From contig OZ244561.1 of assembly GCA_965217585.1 (NCBI GenBank), positions 4,320,001-4,384,000 of the forward strand: a stretch of 64,000 nucleotides of DNA, read 5' to 3'. Under the pieces are notes generated by a model. The model was not told where the DNA came from. It saw nothing but the letters and a program-made list of their open reading frames with translations, and did no database searches. A program made the position numbers and the translations under genes. Positions 15,047-24,801 of the stretch are shown here, in pieces (the first letter of the stretch is position 1; the number at the start of each line of letters is the position of its first letter). The stretch comes from Candidatus Latescibacterota bacterium. GTDB lineage: Bacteria > Latescibacterota > UBA2968 > UBA8231.

Positions 15047-18000
15047 ATGCCCGGCCAATTGTTCACTCATTACTTCCTCACCGACGGTATAAAGGGCACG
15101 GCTGAGTGGAAAGCGTCTCTGGGCCAGCCGGAAGCGTTTGCTGCGTTTGGGAACGGCGTTACTCGACATCACGACGCCCTCAGCCGTTCCCGAAATCCCA
15201 ACGAAGCTCGCACGGAGGAAGAGCTGATTCGTCCGGTTCTGGAGCTATTGGGATGGACCGAGTACGTGCCTCAGCCAAGCGCCGCTGGCCATGAGGACAT
15301 TCCCGATCACCTGCTTTTCGCTGACGCCGAATCCAAGGTGCGGGCCGGGAATCCCTTCCAGAACGCGACAGTAGTTGAAGAGAGTAAGCGCTTTGGGCTT
15401 TCGCTCGACAGCCGGGATCGGAAGGATCGGGCGCAGCGTGGGACGCCGCACGGCCAGATTCTTCGATACTTGGCGACGGCTGAGATCGAGTCGGAGGGGC
15501 ACATTCGCTGGGGCATCCTGACCAATGGCAGCGTCTGGCGGCTGTATGACTATCGCGCCCGGCCACGCGCCAGTGGTTTCTTTGAAGCCGACTTGGCAGA
15601 ACTGCTCAAGCCCGGCAATGAAGACGATCTCCGCGTTTTTCATCTGCTGTTTCGCCGCGAGTCCTTCACTCTTCGGGATGGGGCCACGACTACGTTCCTT
15701 GAAGCGGCGTTGGCTGAGGGTCGGCGCTATGAGGAACAGGTTGCGCAGGATCTTTCGGGGGTGGTGTTCGAGCGGGTGTTTCCCAGCCTCGTCAATGCGC
15801 TTGCGAAGGAATCGGGAGGAAGTCTCTCCGAGAGCCGGGATGCGGCGTTGATCTTCCTCTATCGGCTGCTGTTTGTGCTCTATGCCGAGGACCGGGGGCT
15901 GCTGCCGGTCAACGACGAGCGGTACGATGACTATGGTTTGCGCAAGTCCGTCCGCGACGACATTGGGCACAGGATGGCGGCTGACGACACGTACTCGGCG
16001 ATTGCTACCAATTATTACGACCACCTGACGACGTTATTTAAGCTCATCGACAAGGGCGACGAGTCTATTGGTTTGCCGCCGTATAACGGGGGGCTGTTCG
16101 CGGTGGAAGCAGCGCCCTTGCTGGAAGCGGTCCGCTTGGACGACAAAGAGATTGCACCGATCATCTACGATCTGAGCCACGCCGAGGATTCGCAGGGCGT
16201 GCGGCGCTTTGTCAACTACCGCGACATGTCCGTGCAGCAGCTTGGCTCGATCTACGAGCGGCTGCTGGAGCGCGAGCCGGTGCGCGATGACGACGGCAAA
16301 ATTTCCATTCGTCCCAATCCGTATGCCCGCAAGGACAGCGGCAGTTTCTATACCTCTCAGGAACTCGTCGATCTGATTGTCGAGCGGACCTTGAAGCCGC
16401 TGGCCGAAGAGCGGCTTAACGCCTTTGTGGAAAAAGCCGACGCGCTCAAGAGCGACCGTCGATCCAAGAAGGAACGGCGGGCGGAACTTGAGCGGCTTGA
16501 CCCGGCAGAGGCCGTACTAGACCTCAAAGTTCTGGACCCGGCTATGGGTAGCGGGCACTTCCTCGTCACGGCGGTGGATTTTTTGTCGGACTACATCGCC
16601 GAGTTGATCGAGCGCGTCTCCGAAATTCCGGAGTGGTTGGACGGCGAGTACGCGTCGCCGCTGGTGGGGCGCGTGGCGGCGATTCGGGATGACCTTCGCA
16701 AACGGGCCTACGCATCGAACTGGGTTTTGGACGAGGCGCAGCTTACCGACCAAGCCATTATTCGCCGCATGGTGCTCAAGCGCTGCATTTACGGGGTGGA
16801 TAAGAATCGGCTGACGGTTGAGTTGGCCAAGGTGTCGCTGTGGCTGCACAGTTTTACGGTGGGTGCGCCGCTGTCTTTTCTCGATCACCATCTGCGTTGC
16901 GGTGATTCGCTGGTTGGTCTGCGGGTGCGGGACGCCACCGATGAGTTGCACCGGCTCGGCGGGATGTTTGCCGGTAGCGCCATTGCCGGGGCGGAGACGG
17001 CCACCGACGGGATGCAGCGCATTGAGGAAATGTCCGACGCCGACGTTGCGGAGGTGCAGGAATCGGCAGTGCTGTTCGACGGGGTGGAGGAGACGACCGC
17101 TGACCTGCGCGGCTTGCTCGACTTTTTGTGCGGCTGGAGTTGGCTGACGGCTGGGATGAAGAAGAAAGAACGCGATGAATTTGAGGGGCCGTTGGTTACG
17201 ACGCTCGGCCAGCATACGGCGACGGCGTACGAGCTTTTGGCGCGCGGGCCGGAGGAAATGGACGTTGCCGATGACACGCAGTTTGCCGAGTTGTGGCGTG
17301 CGGCGCGAACCATTGTCAACCGCGAGGGCTTTTTGCATTGGGAGGTGGCCTTTCCGGGGGTGTGGCATCGGTGGCAGGAAAGCCGTCCGCAAGGCGGCTT
17401 TGATGCGGTTATTGGCAATCCGCCGTGGGATCAGATCGAACAGCCGGAAGTAGAATGGTTCGCAATCCGCGACGAAGAGATAGCCCACGCAGCAACTGGA
17501 GCCAAGCGAAAGTCACTGATCAAAAAGAAAAAAGAGGCAGGCGATAAACTCGTCTTGGAGTACGAAACGGTGCGGAACCACGCTACGGCGATGCGCGAGT
17601 TCATTCGATCAGCGGATGAGTATCCGCTTCTAAGTGGCGGTCGCATCAATCTGTACTCGCTGTTCGTTGAGCGGGCCATAAGTCTGATTAAGCCGGATGG
17701 CTTTATAGGTCTGCTGACTCCGTCGGGCATTTATTCTGACAAGACCGCGGCCCGTTTCTTCAAGTCCGTTTCTATCAAAGGCCGGGTGGCGGGTCTGTTG
17801 GATTTTGAGAATCGTCGCCCTGGAACCGATTTGCCACCTTTCTTTCCGGATGTGGACCCCCGCTTCAAATTCTGCGCCCTCATACTCGGTGGAAAGAAGC
17901 GAAGATTCAGAAAGACCGAATGCGCCTTTTTTCTGCACGACACGAAAACGATCGCAGACGAGGACCGCTGTTTTCAGTTGACGTCCGCGGACTTCTCCCG

Positions 18001-19063
18001 CGTGAATCCGAATACCGGCACCGCGCCCGTGTTCCGCCGCCGCCGCGACGCTGACATTACTCGTGGAATCTATGAGCGGCATCCGGTACTGGTGGATCGC
18101 TCAGGAGGAGGGGAATGCAAGGCGTGGCCAGTGCGGTTCATGCAGGGACTGTTTAATATGACGTCCGACTCCCATCTCTTTCGCACCGCCGTGCAGTTCG
18201 AAGCCGAAGGTTTCTATCCTGTCGAGGGCAACCGCTGGAAACGGGGGGAAGAAATGTATCTGCCGCTGTACGAAGGGAAGATGGTGCAGGCATTCGACCA
18301 CCGAGCCGCCAGCGTGGTTGTCAAACCAGAGAACCTATTCCGACCTGGACAGCCCAAGAGAACCTCATACGAGGAATATCGTGATCCAGCTTTTACACCC
18401 AGTCCTCGCTACTGGATTAACCAACGGGAGCATTCAGCTACACAGAGTTTCGAATGGATGCTCTGCTTCAAGGACGTCACGGCCTCAACCAACGTCCGCA
18501 CCATGATTGCCTCTATCGTCCCGCAAGTCGGATGTGGGCACAAGCTGCCACTCCTGCTTCCTGGCGAAGACGAATTTAATAGCCTAGACGTAGCATGTGT
18601 ATTAGCGAATCTCAATAGCTTCGCTTTCGATTACGTGACTCGCCAGAAGGTTCAAGCCACAAACGTCACTTGGTACATCGTCGAACAGCTCCCCGTCATC
18701 GCCCCTGCCGACTACGACCGCTCCTTCGGCGCAACGACCGCCCGTGACCTCGTCCGCGACCACGTGCTCCGCCTCACCTACACCGCCCACGACATGGCCC
18801 CCTTCGCCCGCGACCTCGGCTACGACGGCGAGCCCTTCATCTGGGACGAAGAGGAACGCCGCCACCTCCGCGCCCGTCTCGACGCCCTCTACTTCCACCT
18901 CTACGGCCTGTCGCGGGACGACGCCGAATACGTGCTCGACACCTTCCCAATCGTCCGCCGCGAAGACGAAGCCGCTTTCGGAACATACCGCACCCGCGAT
19001 ATGACGCTGGCGTATATGAACGCGCTGGCGGCGGGGGATACGGAGACGAGGGTGGCGGTGTAG
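15047..19063 (+). CDS. Type IIG (Eco57I-like) fused restriction endonuclease / N6-adenine methyltransferase
   Basis: N-terminal PD..ExK (IPDHLL...EESKR), ILTNG, LGSIYE, DPAMGSGHFL (motif I), GNPPW (motif IV), C-terminal TRD. Confidence 0.9.
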   Translation: MPGQLFTHYFLTDGIKGTAEWKASLGQPEAFAAFGNGVTRHHDALSRSRNPNEARTEEELIRPVLELLGWTEYVPQPSAAGHEDIPDHLLFADAESKVRAGNPFQNATVVEESKRFGLSLDSRDRKDRAQRGTPHGQILRYLATAEIESEGHIRWGILTNGSVWRLYDYRARPRASGFFEADLAELLKPGNEDDLRVFHLLFRRESFTLRDGATTTFLEAALAEGRRYEEQVAQDLSGVVFERVFPSLVNALAKESGGSLSESRDAALIFLYRLLFVLYAEDRGLLPVNDERYDDYGLRKSVRDDIGHRMAADDTYSAIATNYYDHLTTLFKLIDKGDESIGLPPYNGGLFAVEAAPLLEAVRLDDKEIAPIIYDLSHAEDSQGVRRFVNYRDMSVQQLGSIYERLLEREPVRDDDGKISIRPNPYARKDSGSFYTSQELVDLIVERTLKPLAEERLNAFVEKADALKSDRRSKKERRAELERLDPAEAVLDLKVLDPAMGSGHFLVTAVDFLSDYIAELIERVSEIPEWLDGEYASPLVGRVAAIRDDLRKRAYASNWVLDEAQLTDQAIIRRMVLKRCIYGVDKNRLTVELAKVSLWLHSFTVGAPLSFLDHHLRCGDSLVGLRVRDATDELHRLGGMFAGSAIAGAETATDGMQRIEEMSDADVAEVQESAVLFDGVEETTADLRGLLDFLCGWSWLTAGMKKKERDEFEGPLVTTLGQHTATAYELLARGPEEMDVADDTQFAELWRAARTIVNREGFLHWEVAFPGVWHRWQESRPQGGFDAVIGNPPWDQIEQPEVEWFAIRDEEIAHAATGAKRKSLIKKKKEAGDKLVLEYETVRNHATAMREFIRSADEYPLLSGGRINLYSLFVERAISLIKPDGFIGLLTPSGIYSDKTAARFFKSVSIKGRVAGLLDFENRRPGTDLPPFFPDVDPRFKFCALILGGKKRRFRKTECAFFLHDTKTIADEDRCFQLTSADFSRVNPNTGTAPVFRRRRDADITRGIYERHPVLVDRSGGGECKAWPVRFMQGLFNMTSDSHLFRTAVQFEAEGFYPVEGNRWKRGEEMYLPLYEGKMVQAFDHRAASVVVKPENLFRPGQPKRTSYEEYRDPAFTPSPRYWINQREHSATQSFEWMLCFKDVTASTNVRTMIASIVPQVGCGHKLPLLLPGEDEFNSLDVACVLANLNSFAFDYVTRQKVQATNVTWYIVEQLPVIAPADYDRSFGATTARDLVRDHVLRLTYTAHDMAPFARDLGYDGEPFIWDEEERRHLRARLDALYFHLYGLSRDDAEYVLDTFPIVRREDEAAFGTYRTRDMTLAYMNALAAGDTETRVAV

Positions 19064-19071
19064 ATGGCTCA

Positions 19072-19101
19072 TTGACTTATTTCAAGATTCAGCGGTACAT
19101 T
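19072..19101 (+). promoter_or_regulatory. Putative sigma70 promoter of the ATPase-DUF3226 pair
   Basis: TTGACT-18bp-TACATT. Confidence 0.45.
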
Positions 19102-19145
19102 CCGTTAGTTCAAAACTCTCGCCCTCGAAAGAAGGTACCAACGCT

Positions 19146-20285
19146 ATGTCCCAAGAACGACTCGACGACCGCCTGCATCTTCCGAGCCTGTCGATAAAAG
19201 GGTTTCGGGGAATCAAGGAGCTTTCCATTGAGCGGTTAGGCCGCGTGACGCTGCTGGCGGGCAAGAATAGCGTCGGCAAGACGACCGTTTTAGATGCCGT
19301 CCGAGTCTATGCGGCGCGCGGGAACTATGAAGTTCTGTCCAGTGTGTTGAAAAGCCACGAAGAAGTGGCTGCTCTTGCCGACGGAACCGGCCAAGAACGA
19401 GTCGGCCCCTACTTGGAAGTGCTCTTCCACGGACGGGACGCCTCTCAGGGAGCCTTCCTCTCGATAGGTCCGAATGACGATTCAGACCAACTCGTAATTG
19501 AAGCGGTCCCTCCAGAGGAAGACTCTCACTCTACTCAGCGATTTCCCTTTCCTTTTTTGAGTCCTTCAGTACAGACTTTCAAAATTGTGTTTCAAGGCCA
19601 AGAGCTGACAAATTCTTGGTTTTTCTCTCCCTATGCCTTGAGTACCAAAATAGCCAAGAACCGTCGTGTATATCAGTCTATGGGAGGATTTTCATTCAAC
19701 AAACAATCGACCGCAATAGCATGTCAATCTATAGGTCCAGAGTTGTTGACTAACAACGCGATTGTGGAACTTTGGGATACTATCGCGCTTACCGAAGATG
19801 AAGATCGGGTAATAAATGCCCTACAGCCCATCCTCGGCGACCAAGTAAAGCGTATTGCGATAATTGGCGATGACAGTAACGGTCGGCGAGCTGTCGCCAA
19901 AATTCAGGATCAAACCTTTCCGGTCCCTTTGAAAAGTCTGGGCGACGGGGCACTGCGTTTGTTCGGCGTTGCTCTGGTCCTCATCAATAGCCGGGACGGT
20001 TTCCTGCTCATCGACGAAGCCGAAAACGGCATTCACCATTCCATACAGCCCGATTTCTGGCGCATGATCTTTAAGACCGCCCACGCAAACAACGTCCAAG
20101 TCATTGCAACGACGCACAGCTTTGACTGTGTGCGCGGCTTCGCACAAGCGCTGACCGAGTGCGAGGAAGTCGACGGTGCGCTTGTGCGTCTTGAACAGAA
20201 AGACGGGGAGATGTGGGCGGTCGAGTATTCAGAGCGTAATCTCAAAGCCGTTGCTAAACAAAGTATTGGTACTGAGGTGAGGTAG
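19146..20285 (+). CDS. ABC-type ATPase (AAA_15/AAA_21 family)
   Basis: FRGI, Walker A GKNSVGKT, SLGDG signature, LLIDEAENGIH, TTHS. Confidence 0.88.
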   Translation: MSQERLDDRLHLPSLSIKGFRGIKELSIERLGRVTLLAGKNSVGKTTVLDAVRVYAARGNYEVLSSVLKSHEEVAALADGTGQERVGPYLEVLFHGRDASQGAFLSIGPNDDSDQLVIEAVPPEEDSHSTQRFPFPFLSPSVQTFKIVFQGQELTNSWFFSPYALSTKIAKNRRVYQSMGGFSFNKQSTAIACQSIGPELLTNNAIVELWDTIALTEDEDRVINALQPILGDQVKRIAIIGDDSNGRRAVAKIQDQTFPVPLKSLGDGALRLFGVALVLINSRDGFLLIDEAENGIHHSIQPDFWRMIFKTAHANNVQVIATTHSFDCVRGFAQALTECEEVDGALVRLEQKDGEMWAVEYSERNLKAVAKQSIGTEVR

Positions 20286-20289
20286 GTGG

Positions 20290-20922
20290 ATGGATAATAA
20301 TGACCGCGTTCTTCTCGTTGAAGGTCAGGACGACAAGCATGTTGTCCTGCAGCTCTGTAAGTTCCATCAACCCATGCCAGAATTTTGTATTCTGGATAAA
20401 GAAGATGAGGCAGGTAAGGGGGGGATAGAAGTACTCCTCAGAGACATCGGATTGGAGATTCTGGCTCCCGGTCGCAAAGCCGTCGGTATCCTCGTGGACG
20501 CAAACGACGATTTAGATGCCCGCTGGGATGCTGTGTCGCATAGGCTTCGAAAGGAGAATATCGAGGTGCCTCGTACCCCTGAACCAACCGGAACTCTCAT
20601 AGAAGGCACCAGCCGCATCCCTCGCGTCGGTATCTGGTTGATGCCCAACAATACATCGCCCGGCGAACTCGAAAACTTCGTCTCAGAGATGATCCCCGAT
20701 AATGATCCAGTATGGCCGCGGTCCGAGGACTACATTGATGGCATTCCAGAGACCGACCGAAAGTTTACTAAAAAAAAGATACTGCGAGCCAAACTCTACG
20801 CTTGGCTGGCGACGAGAGAGGACCCTAGACAAATGGGTGCCGCCATTGGCGCAAGAGATTTGCATGTGGATGGAACACTCAGCAGAGCATTCGCTAATTG
20901 GCTACGGCAACTGTTCGAGTAA
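20290..20922 (+). CDS. DUF3226-like TOPRIM-fold protein
   Basis: LLVEGQDD, ILVDANDD, GIWLMP, GELENF; 4 bp downstream of ATPase. Confidence 0.75.
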   Translation: MDNNDRVLLVEGQDDKHVVLQLCKFHQPMPEFCILDKEDEAGKGGIEVLLRDIGLEILAPGRKAVGILVDANDDLDARWDAVSHRLRKENIEVPRTPEPTGTLIEGTSRIPRVGIWLMPNNTSPGELENFVSEMIPDNDPVWPRSEDYIDGIPETDRKFTKKKILRAKLYAWLATREDPRQMGAAIGARDLHVDGTLSRAFANWLRQLFE

Positions 20923-20945
20923 GACGCTGGCGACTAAAGAAAAAG

Positions 20946-21086
20946 ATGATGAAGCACAAAGAATTGATCGCAAAAATGCAGTCGCAGCCTAAATACAAAG
21001 AAAAGTATGATGAAGCAGCACCCGAGTTTGAATTGCTGCGCAAAATGCTCGAAGCACGAAAACGCGCTGATGCAGAAGGAAGATAG
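20946..21086 (+). pseudogene. Truncated XRE/HigA-like antitoxin (N-terminus only)
   Basis: KEKYDEAAPEFELLRKMLEARKRA ends where the HTH (GLTQ..) would begin. Confidence 0.55.
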
Positions 21087-21090
21087 CTTG

Positions 21091-21258
21091 ATGAGTACTG
21101 CACAAGAGACAGAATTTGATTATCAGACGTATATGAAAGAAAGCGCTCGAGGGCCAAGCAAAATTAATCGTGGAACAAAGGCGCGTGAAAAACGACGCGA
21201 GGCCGTCAAGGCGCGGATTTCCCAAAAACTACAACAAGGCGATAGGACAGAACCCTGA
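21091..21258 (+). pseudogene. Possible BrnA-like antitoxin N-terminal fragment
   Basis: MSTAQETEFDY...AVKARIS; diverges where the RHH strand would follow. Confidence 0.35.
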
Positions 21259-21331
21259 CGATGCCTCTGCCTATTACAATCGTGGACTATGTTGGCCGCA
21301 TTTGTAAAATTGGCAAGAAGCTAAATCCGAC
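21227..21331 (+). pseudogene. Single TPR repeat fragment with in-frame stop
   Basis: Manual translation NYNKAIGQNPDDASAYYNRGLCWPHL*NWQEAKSD (TAA at 21305). Confidence 0.6.
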
Positions 21332-21377
21332 CGTCGTAGTTATCGAGAATCTATCTCAGAAGAGAAGGAGACATCTT

Positions 21378-21662
21378 ATGGACAAGGACTATGTGAAGGG
21401 GATCATTGAAGGATTGGGCGGTGCCAAAGCCTTGATGGATGAGATGGACGAGTACCATGAAATCGTCGCTCGCATGAGAAAGGAGCGTCCCAGCTTAGTG
21501 GAGCGTCATCCTGACAAGTGGGTGGCAATGGGATGGGAGGGAGTTTTAGCCGTAGGCGACTCCATGGATGAAGTACTCGGGGAGGTTGAGAGCCGGGGGC
21601 TACGCGGAGCGGACGTAGTGATCGAGTTCTTGGACACGGACCCTCCCCTGCTGATCCTATGA
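21378..21662 (+). CDS. DUF5678-like small protein
   Basis: LVERHPDKWVAM...VLAVGDSMDEV; RBS AAGGAG. Confidence 0.65.
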   Translation: MDKDYVKGIIEGLGGAKALMDEMDEYHEIVARMRKERPSLVERHPDKWVAMGWEGVLAVGDSMDEVLGEVESRGLRGADVVIEFLDTDPPLLIL

Positions 21663-21684
21663 TCATCGGCGAATTCTGGGCCAC

Positions 21685-21882
21685 ATGCCACGTAAAATCA
21701 GAGAACTTATCAAAGACCTTGAAAATGCTGGGTTTGTAAACCGTGGTGGAAAAGGAAGCCATAGGAAGTTTGTGCATTCTAACGTTTCTAAGTCTGTGAT
21801 ACTTGCCGGTCAGCTTGGTGCTGACGCAAAACACTATCAAGAGAAGGCTGTCAAAGCCGCTATCGAGGAGTCGAAGAAATGA
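21685..21882 (+). CDS. hicA: HicA family toxin
   Basis: IRELIKDLENAGF..GGKGSHRKFVH. Confidence 0.9.
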   Translation: MPRKIRELIKDLENAGFVNRGGKGSHRKFVHSNVSKSVILAGQLGADAKHYQEKAVKAAIEESKK

Positions 21883-22118
21883 AAATGAGCTCCCGTTACG
21901 TCAAAATAGTGGAATGGTCTGATGAAGATCAGTGCTATGTTGGCAGTTGTCCGGGTCTCTTTTATGGTGGATGTCACGGTGATAACGAACAAGAAGTGTT
22001 TGCAGAATTGTGCCACATCGTTGAAGAGACAATTGAACTATACAGGCAAGACGGCAGGCCATTACCTTCACCGACATCCGGTAAGGACTATGCCAACAAG
22101 ATGTTAGAAATTGCCTGA
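21879..22118 (+). CDS. hicB: HicB family antitoxin (no DNA-binding domain)
   Basis: WSDEDQCYVGSCPGL..GCHGD...GRPLPSP; ATGA overlap. Confidence 0.85.
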   Translation: MKMSSRYVKIVEWSDEDQCYVGSCPGLFYGGCHGDNEQEVFAELCHIVEETIELYRQDGRPLPSPTSGKDYANKMLEIA

Positions 22119-22135
22119 CAAGTCGTTGTAGTCAA

Positions 22136-23713
22136 TCAGTGTGAGATACCCAATTCGACGCCAGTCAGTATCACTTGCTCGCGGCGATCTTTTTGCCCTA
22201 CCACTAGCCGCACGGCGATCTCGTTGGTCCCCTGCCGCAAAAAAGAACCATCCACTGCAAATTCCACGCTGACTCCTTCCATTTTTCCCTCGACCGGACG
22301 GGTTGGATAGCTGGCCCAAAACAGCGGCGCTGCCTGCTGGCGTGCCCAGCCCTCACCGGAGACTTGGGCTTGATCCCAAGGGAGGGTGTGGCCGTTGAGA
22401 ACGACTTCGAGGCGGTCTTCCGGGGGCAAGCGATCCAAACGCAAGGCCAAGCCGCTGGTGGCGTCGGCTACCTCATCGGCGACGCGAATGCGAAGCGTCG
22501 GCCCCAAACTCGGGCTTTCAGCGGGCAAAGGCACGGGAAGCTGCGTCGAGGGGTTGGCCAAGCGGAAGGCGGCCCCGTGGCCCTCCGTGGGGCTGAAGGG
22601 CATGGTGCCGCCGATCTCATAGCACTTGTCGAGTTTTTTCAGGGTTGCGAGATCGGAAAACTCAGCGGCGGTTTGGCGGTTCCATTCGGGCGACATGGTG
22701 TAGAAGTTGTACAGATAAATGCCGTCGGCCCCGTCGGTGAGCCAGCGCAGGGCCAAGGCGCGGAGGAAGTGCCGGTCGCTGTGGCGGGTGGCCTCGATGC
22801 AGCCATAGACGAGGCAGGGGGTAGCGGCCGCAGCGCGGACAAATTCATCGACCGGGGTCTCAAACGAGATAAAGCCGCCGCCAACGACGACGATATCGAC
22901 GAGCCCAGTCTCGATCCATTCGTCAACATTGAGACCAATGCACCGGGAGTCGGCCAAAGTCGGGGGGACGCGGACGGCCAGTTGCATCGGTTTGCCCCGT
23001 TGGGCACTGACCTCGTCGAGCCGCGCCCTGATCTTTTGCACCAGATCAGTCATCAGGTAGCTGTTGGCCGTGGCTTCGGCCATGCGGAAGAAGGCCGAAT
23101 GGCGCATGAAGTCGAGTTCGATGCCATCTACGTCAAAGCGCTCAAAGACCTCGCAGGCGATGCGCCGCATGTGTTCGCGCACCTCGGGGTGGGCGTAGTC
23201 GAGGCCGGTGCGGATGCCCCACTCGACCGACTTTTCGGGGAATTCTTCGCCGGGGCGGCCAATGAGCAGGTGGGGCTGCTCGCGGCGGAAGCGACCGTAG
23301 CCGGGATGGGTCGGGTCGATCACGTAGTGGCTGTTCATGCGCACGCGCGGGAAGAAGGGGATCTCCGCCTCCCGGCACAGTCTCGCAAGCGCAGTCAACG
23401 GCCCGCCGCACTCGGCAATCAGACCTTGTAGGTTGGCGGCGAGCTGCTCCTCGACGCCGGGCGTGGCCGAGTGGACAAAGGAAGGGGCTGTCGCGTCGAG
23501 GCCGCTGCTTTCGTCGCCGAATCGCTCGCCAATCTCCGTCTCGAACTGATACACCTCGTGATCACCTGTGCTCCACCAGAGCGCGCCGCCGGTGCCAGCA
23601 TAGCCGTCGACGACTTTTTCCTTGAGGTCGGAGACGGTGACGTTTTTCTCGGCCGTGAAAATCCAGCCGTCGTCGGTGAAGATGATGGGTGGTGCCTTGG
23701 GCTCGTGGGTCAT
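22136..23713 (-). CDS. Putative glycoside hydrolase-like TIM-barrel protein (GHL10-like)
   Basis: RMNSH, LDYAHPEVR, DGIELDFMR, GADGIYLYN. Confidence 0.6.
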   Translation of the reverse strand: MTHEPKAPPIIFTDDGWIFTAEKNVTVSDLKEKVVDGYAGTGGALWWSTGDHEVYQFETEIGERFGDESSGLDATAPSFVHSATPGVEEQLAANLQGLIAECGGPLTALARLCREAEIPFFPRVRMNSHYVIDPTHPGYGRFRREQPHLLIGRPGEEFPEKSVEWGIRTGLDYAHPEVREHMRRIACEVFERFDVDGIELDFMRHSAFFRMAEATANSYLMTDLVQKIRARLDEVSAQRGKPMQLAVRVPPTLADSRCIGLNVDEWIETGLVDIVVVGGGFISFETPVDEFVRAAAATPCLVYGCIEATRHSDRHFLRALALRWLTDGADGIYLYNFYTMSPEWNRQTAAEFSDLATLKKLDKCYEIGGTMPFSPTEGHGAAFRLANPSTQLPVPLPAESPSLGPTLRIRVADEVADATSGLALRLDRLPPEDRLEVVLNGHTLPWDQAQVSGEGWARQQAAPLFWASYPTRPVEGKMEGVSVEFAVDGSFLRQGTNEIAVRLVVGQKDRREQVILTGVELGISH

Positions 23714-23726
23714 GTCGCTTCCTCCG

Positions 23727-24800
23727 CTAACAGTCTAGATAGGTTTTGATGATGTCGATGATCAGGGCGATGTCGCAGCGGGCCTCTTCCAAGGGAGTAC
23801 GCGGCTGCGCGCCTTCAGTGATACAGGCGTGGAAGTGCTTCAGCTCGCGGACGAAGGGGCCTTCCCACGCGATGGCCGGGCGGTGGACGATGGCCTCGCC
23901 GGTCTCGTCGAGTGTTTGAATCTCCAGGGTGGAGAGGATCCCCCGCGAAAAGCCGGTCGGGTAGGATAGCAGCACGCGGCGGTCGTCACCGCAAACTTCG
24001 AGGGTCTCCTTGAAGTCGCGCACATCCCTCAGCTCGACCCAAGTGGCCGAGCAGCGAGCGCCGTTTGGGTATGCGAGCATGGTGCTGACGCCCCAGCCGT
24101 TGTACCAGATCTCGGTGCTGGAGACTCTTTCGGGTTCGCCCATGATGGCGCGCAGGCCGTAGATGTCGTGGATCATGCTGCCGGAGAGGTGGCCAAAAGC
24201 AGCCTGCACGTCGGCGGGGACCTCGCCGATGGCTTCGCGCACGGCCGCAGCGCGGGCCGCGCTCGTCTGCTCGACGGCATCAGCGGGTATGTCGTCGGTG
24301 CGATGCAGGCGGAAGTGCGCCAGATGATGCGCGTTGCTGGTGTGCAGGTGGTGGATCTGCACGAAGCGAATCGCGGCCATGTCAGCGGCGGCGTGGGCCG
24401 CGGCCTCAAAGGCCGGGTCGTACACCTTCATATAACCGGCCAAGCCAACGGTGCCAGCCGCCTGCCGGGCGGCAATGATCCGGTCGGCCTCTTGCAGCGA
24501 GAAGCAGATCGGCTTTTCGATGAAGACGTGTTTGCCGGCTTCAAAGGCGGCGACGGCGATCTCGGTCTTGGGATCGGTGTGGCACAAGAGCACGGCGTCG
24601 AGATCGGCGGCGAGCAGCGCGCGCCAGTCGTCGGTGTGGTGCGGCACGTGAAATTCCCGCGCCACGGTCTGCGCCAAGCTCGGCGAGAGGTCGCAGACCA
24701 TCTCGACGGAAAACAGGTCCTTGAGCGCGGTGAGGTTGGGCAGGTGCTGGACTTGGGCGACGGCTCCGCAGCCGATGACGCCGATGCGGATAGGGGCCAT
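23727..24800 (-). CDS. Gfo/Idh/MocA oxidoreductase
   Basis: IGVIGCG, HVFIEKP, IHD. Confidence 0.9.
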   Translation of the reverse strand: MAPIRIGVIGCGAVAQVQHLPNLTALKDLFSVEMVCDLSPSLAQTVAREFHVPHHTDDWRALLAADLDAVLLCHTDPKTEIAVAAFEAGKHVFIEKPICFSLQEADRIIAARQAAGTVGLAGYMKVYDPAFEAAAHAAADMAAIRFVQIHHLHTSNAHHLAHFRLHRTDDIPADAVEQTSAARAAAVREAIGEVPADVQAAFGHLSGSMIHDIYGLRAIMGEPERVSSTEIWYNGWGVSTMLAYPNGARCSATWVELRDVRDFKETLEVCGDDRRVLLSYPTGFSRGILSTLEIQTLDETGEAIVHRPAIAWEGPFVRELKHFHACITEGAQPRTPLEEARCDIALIIDIIKTYLDC

Positions 24801-24801
24801 G

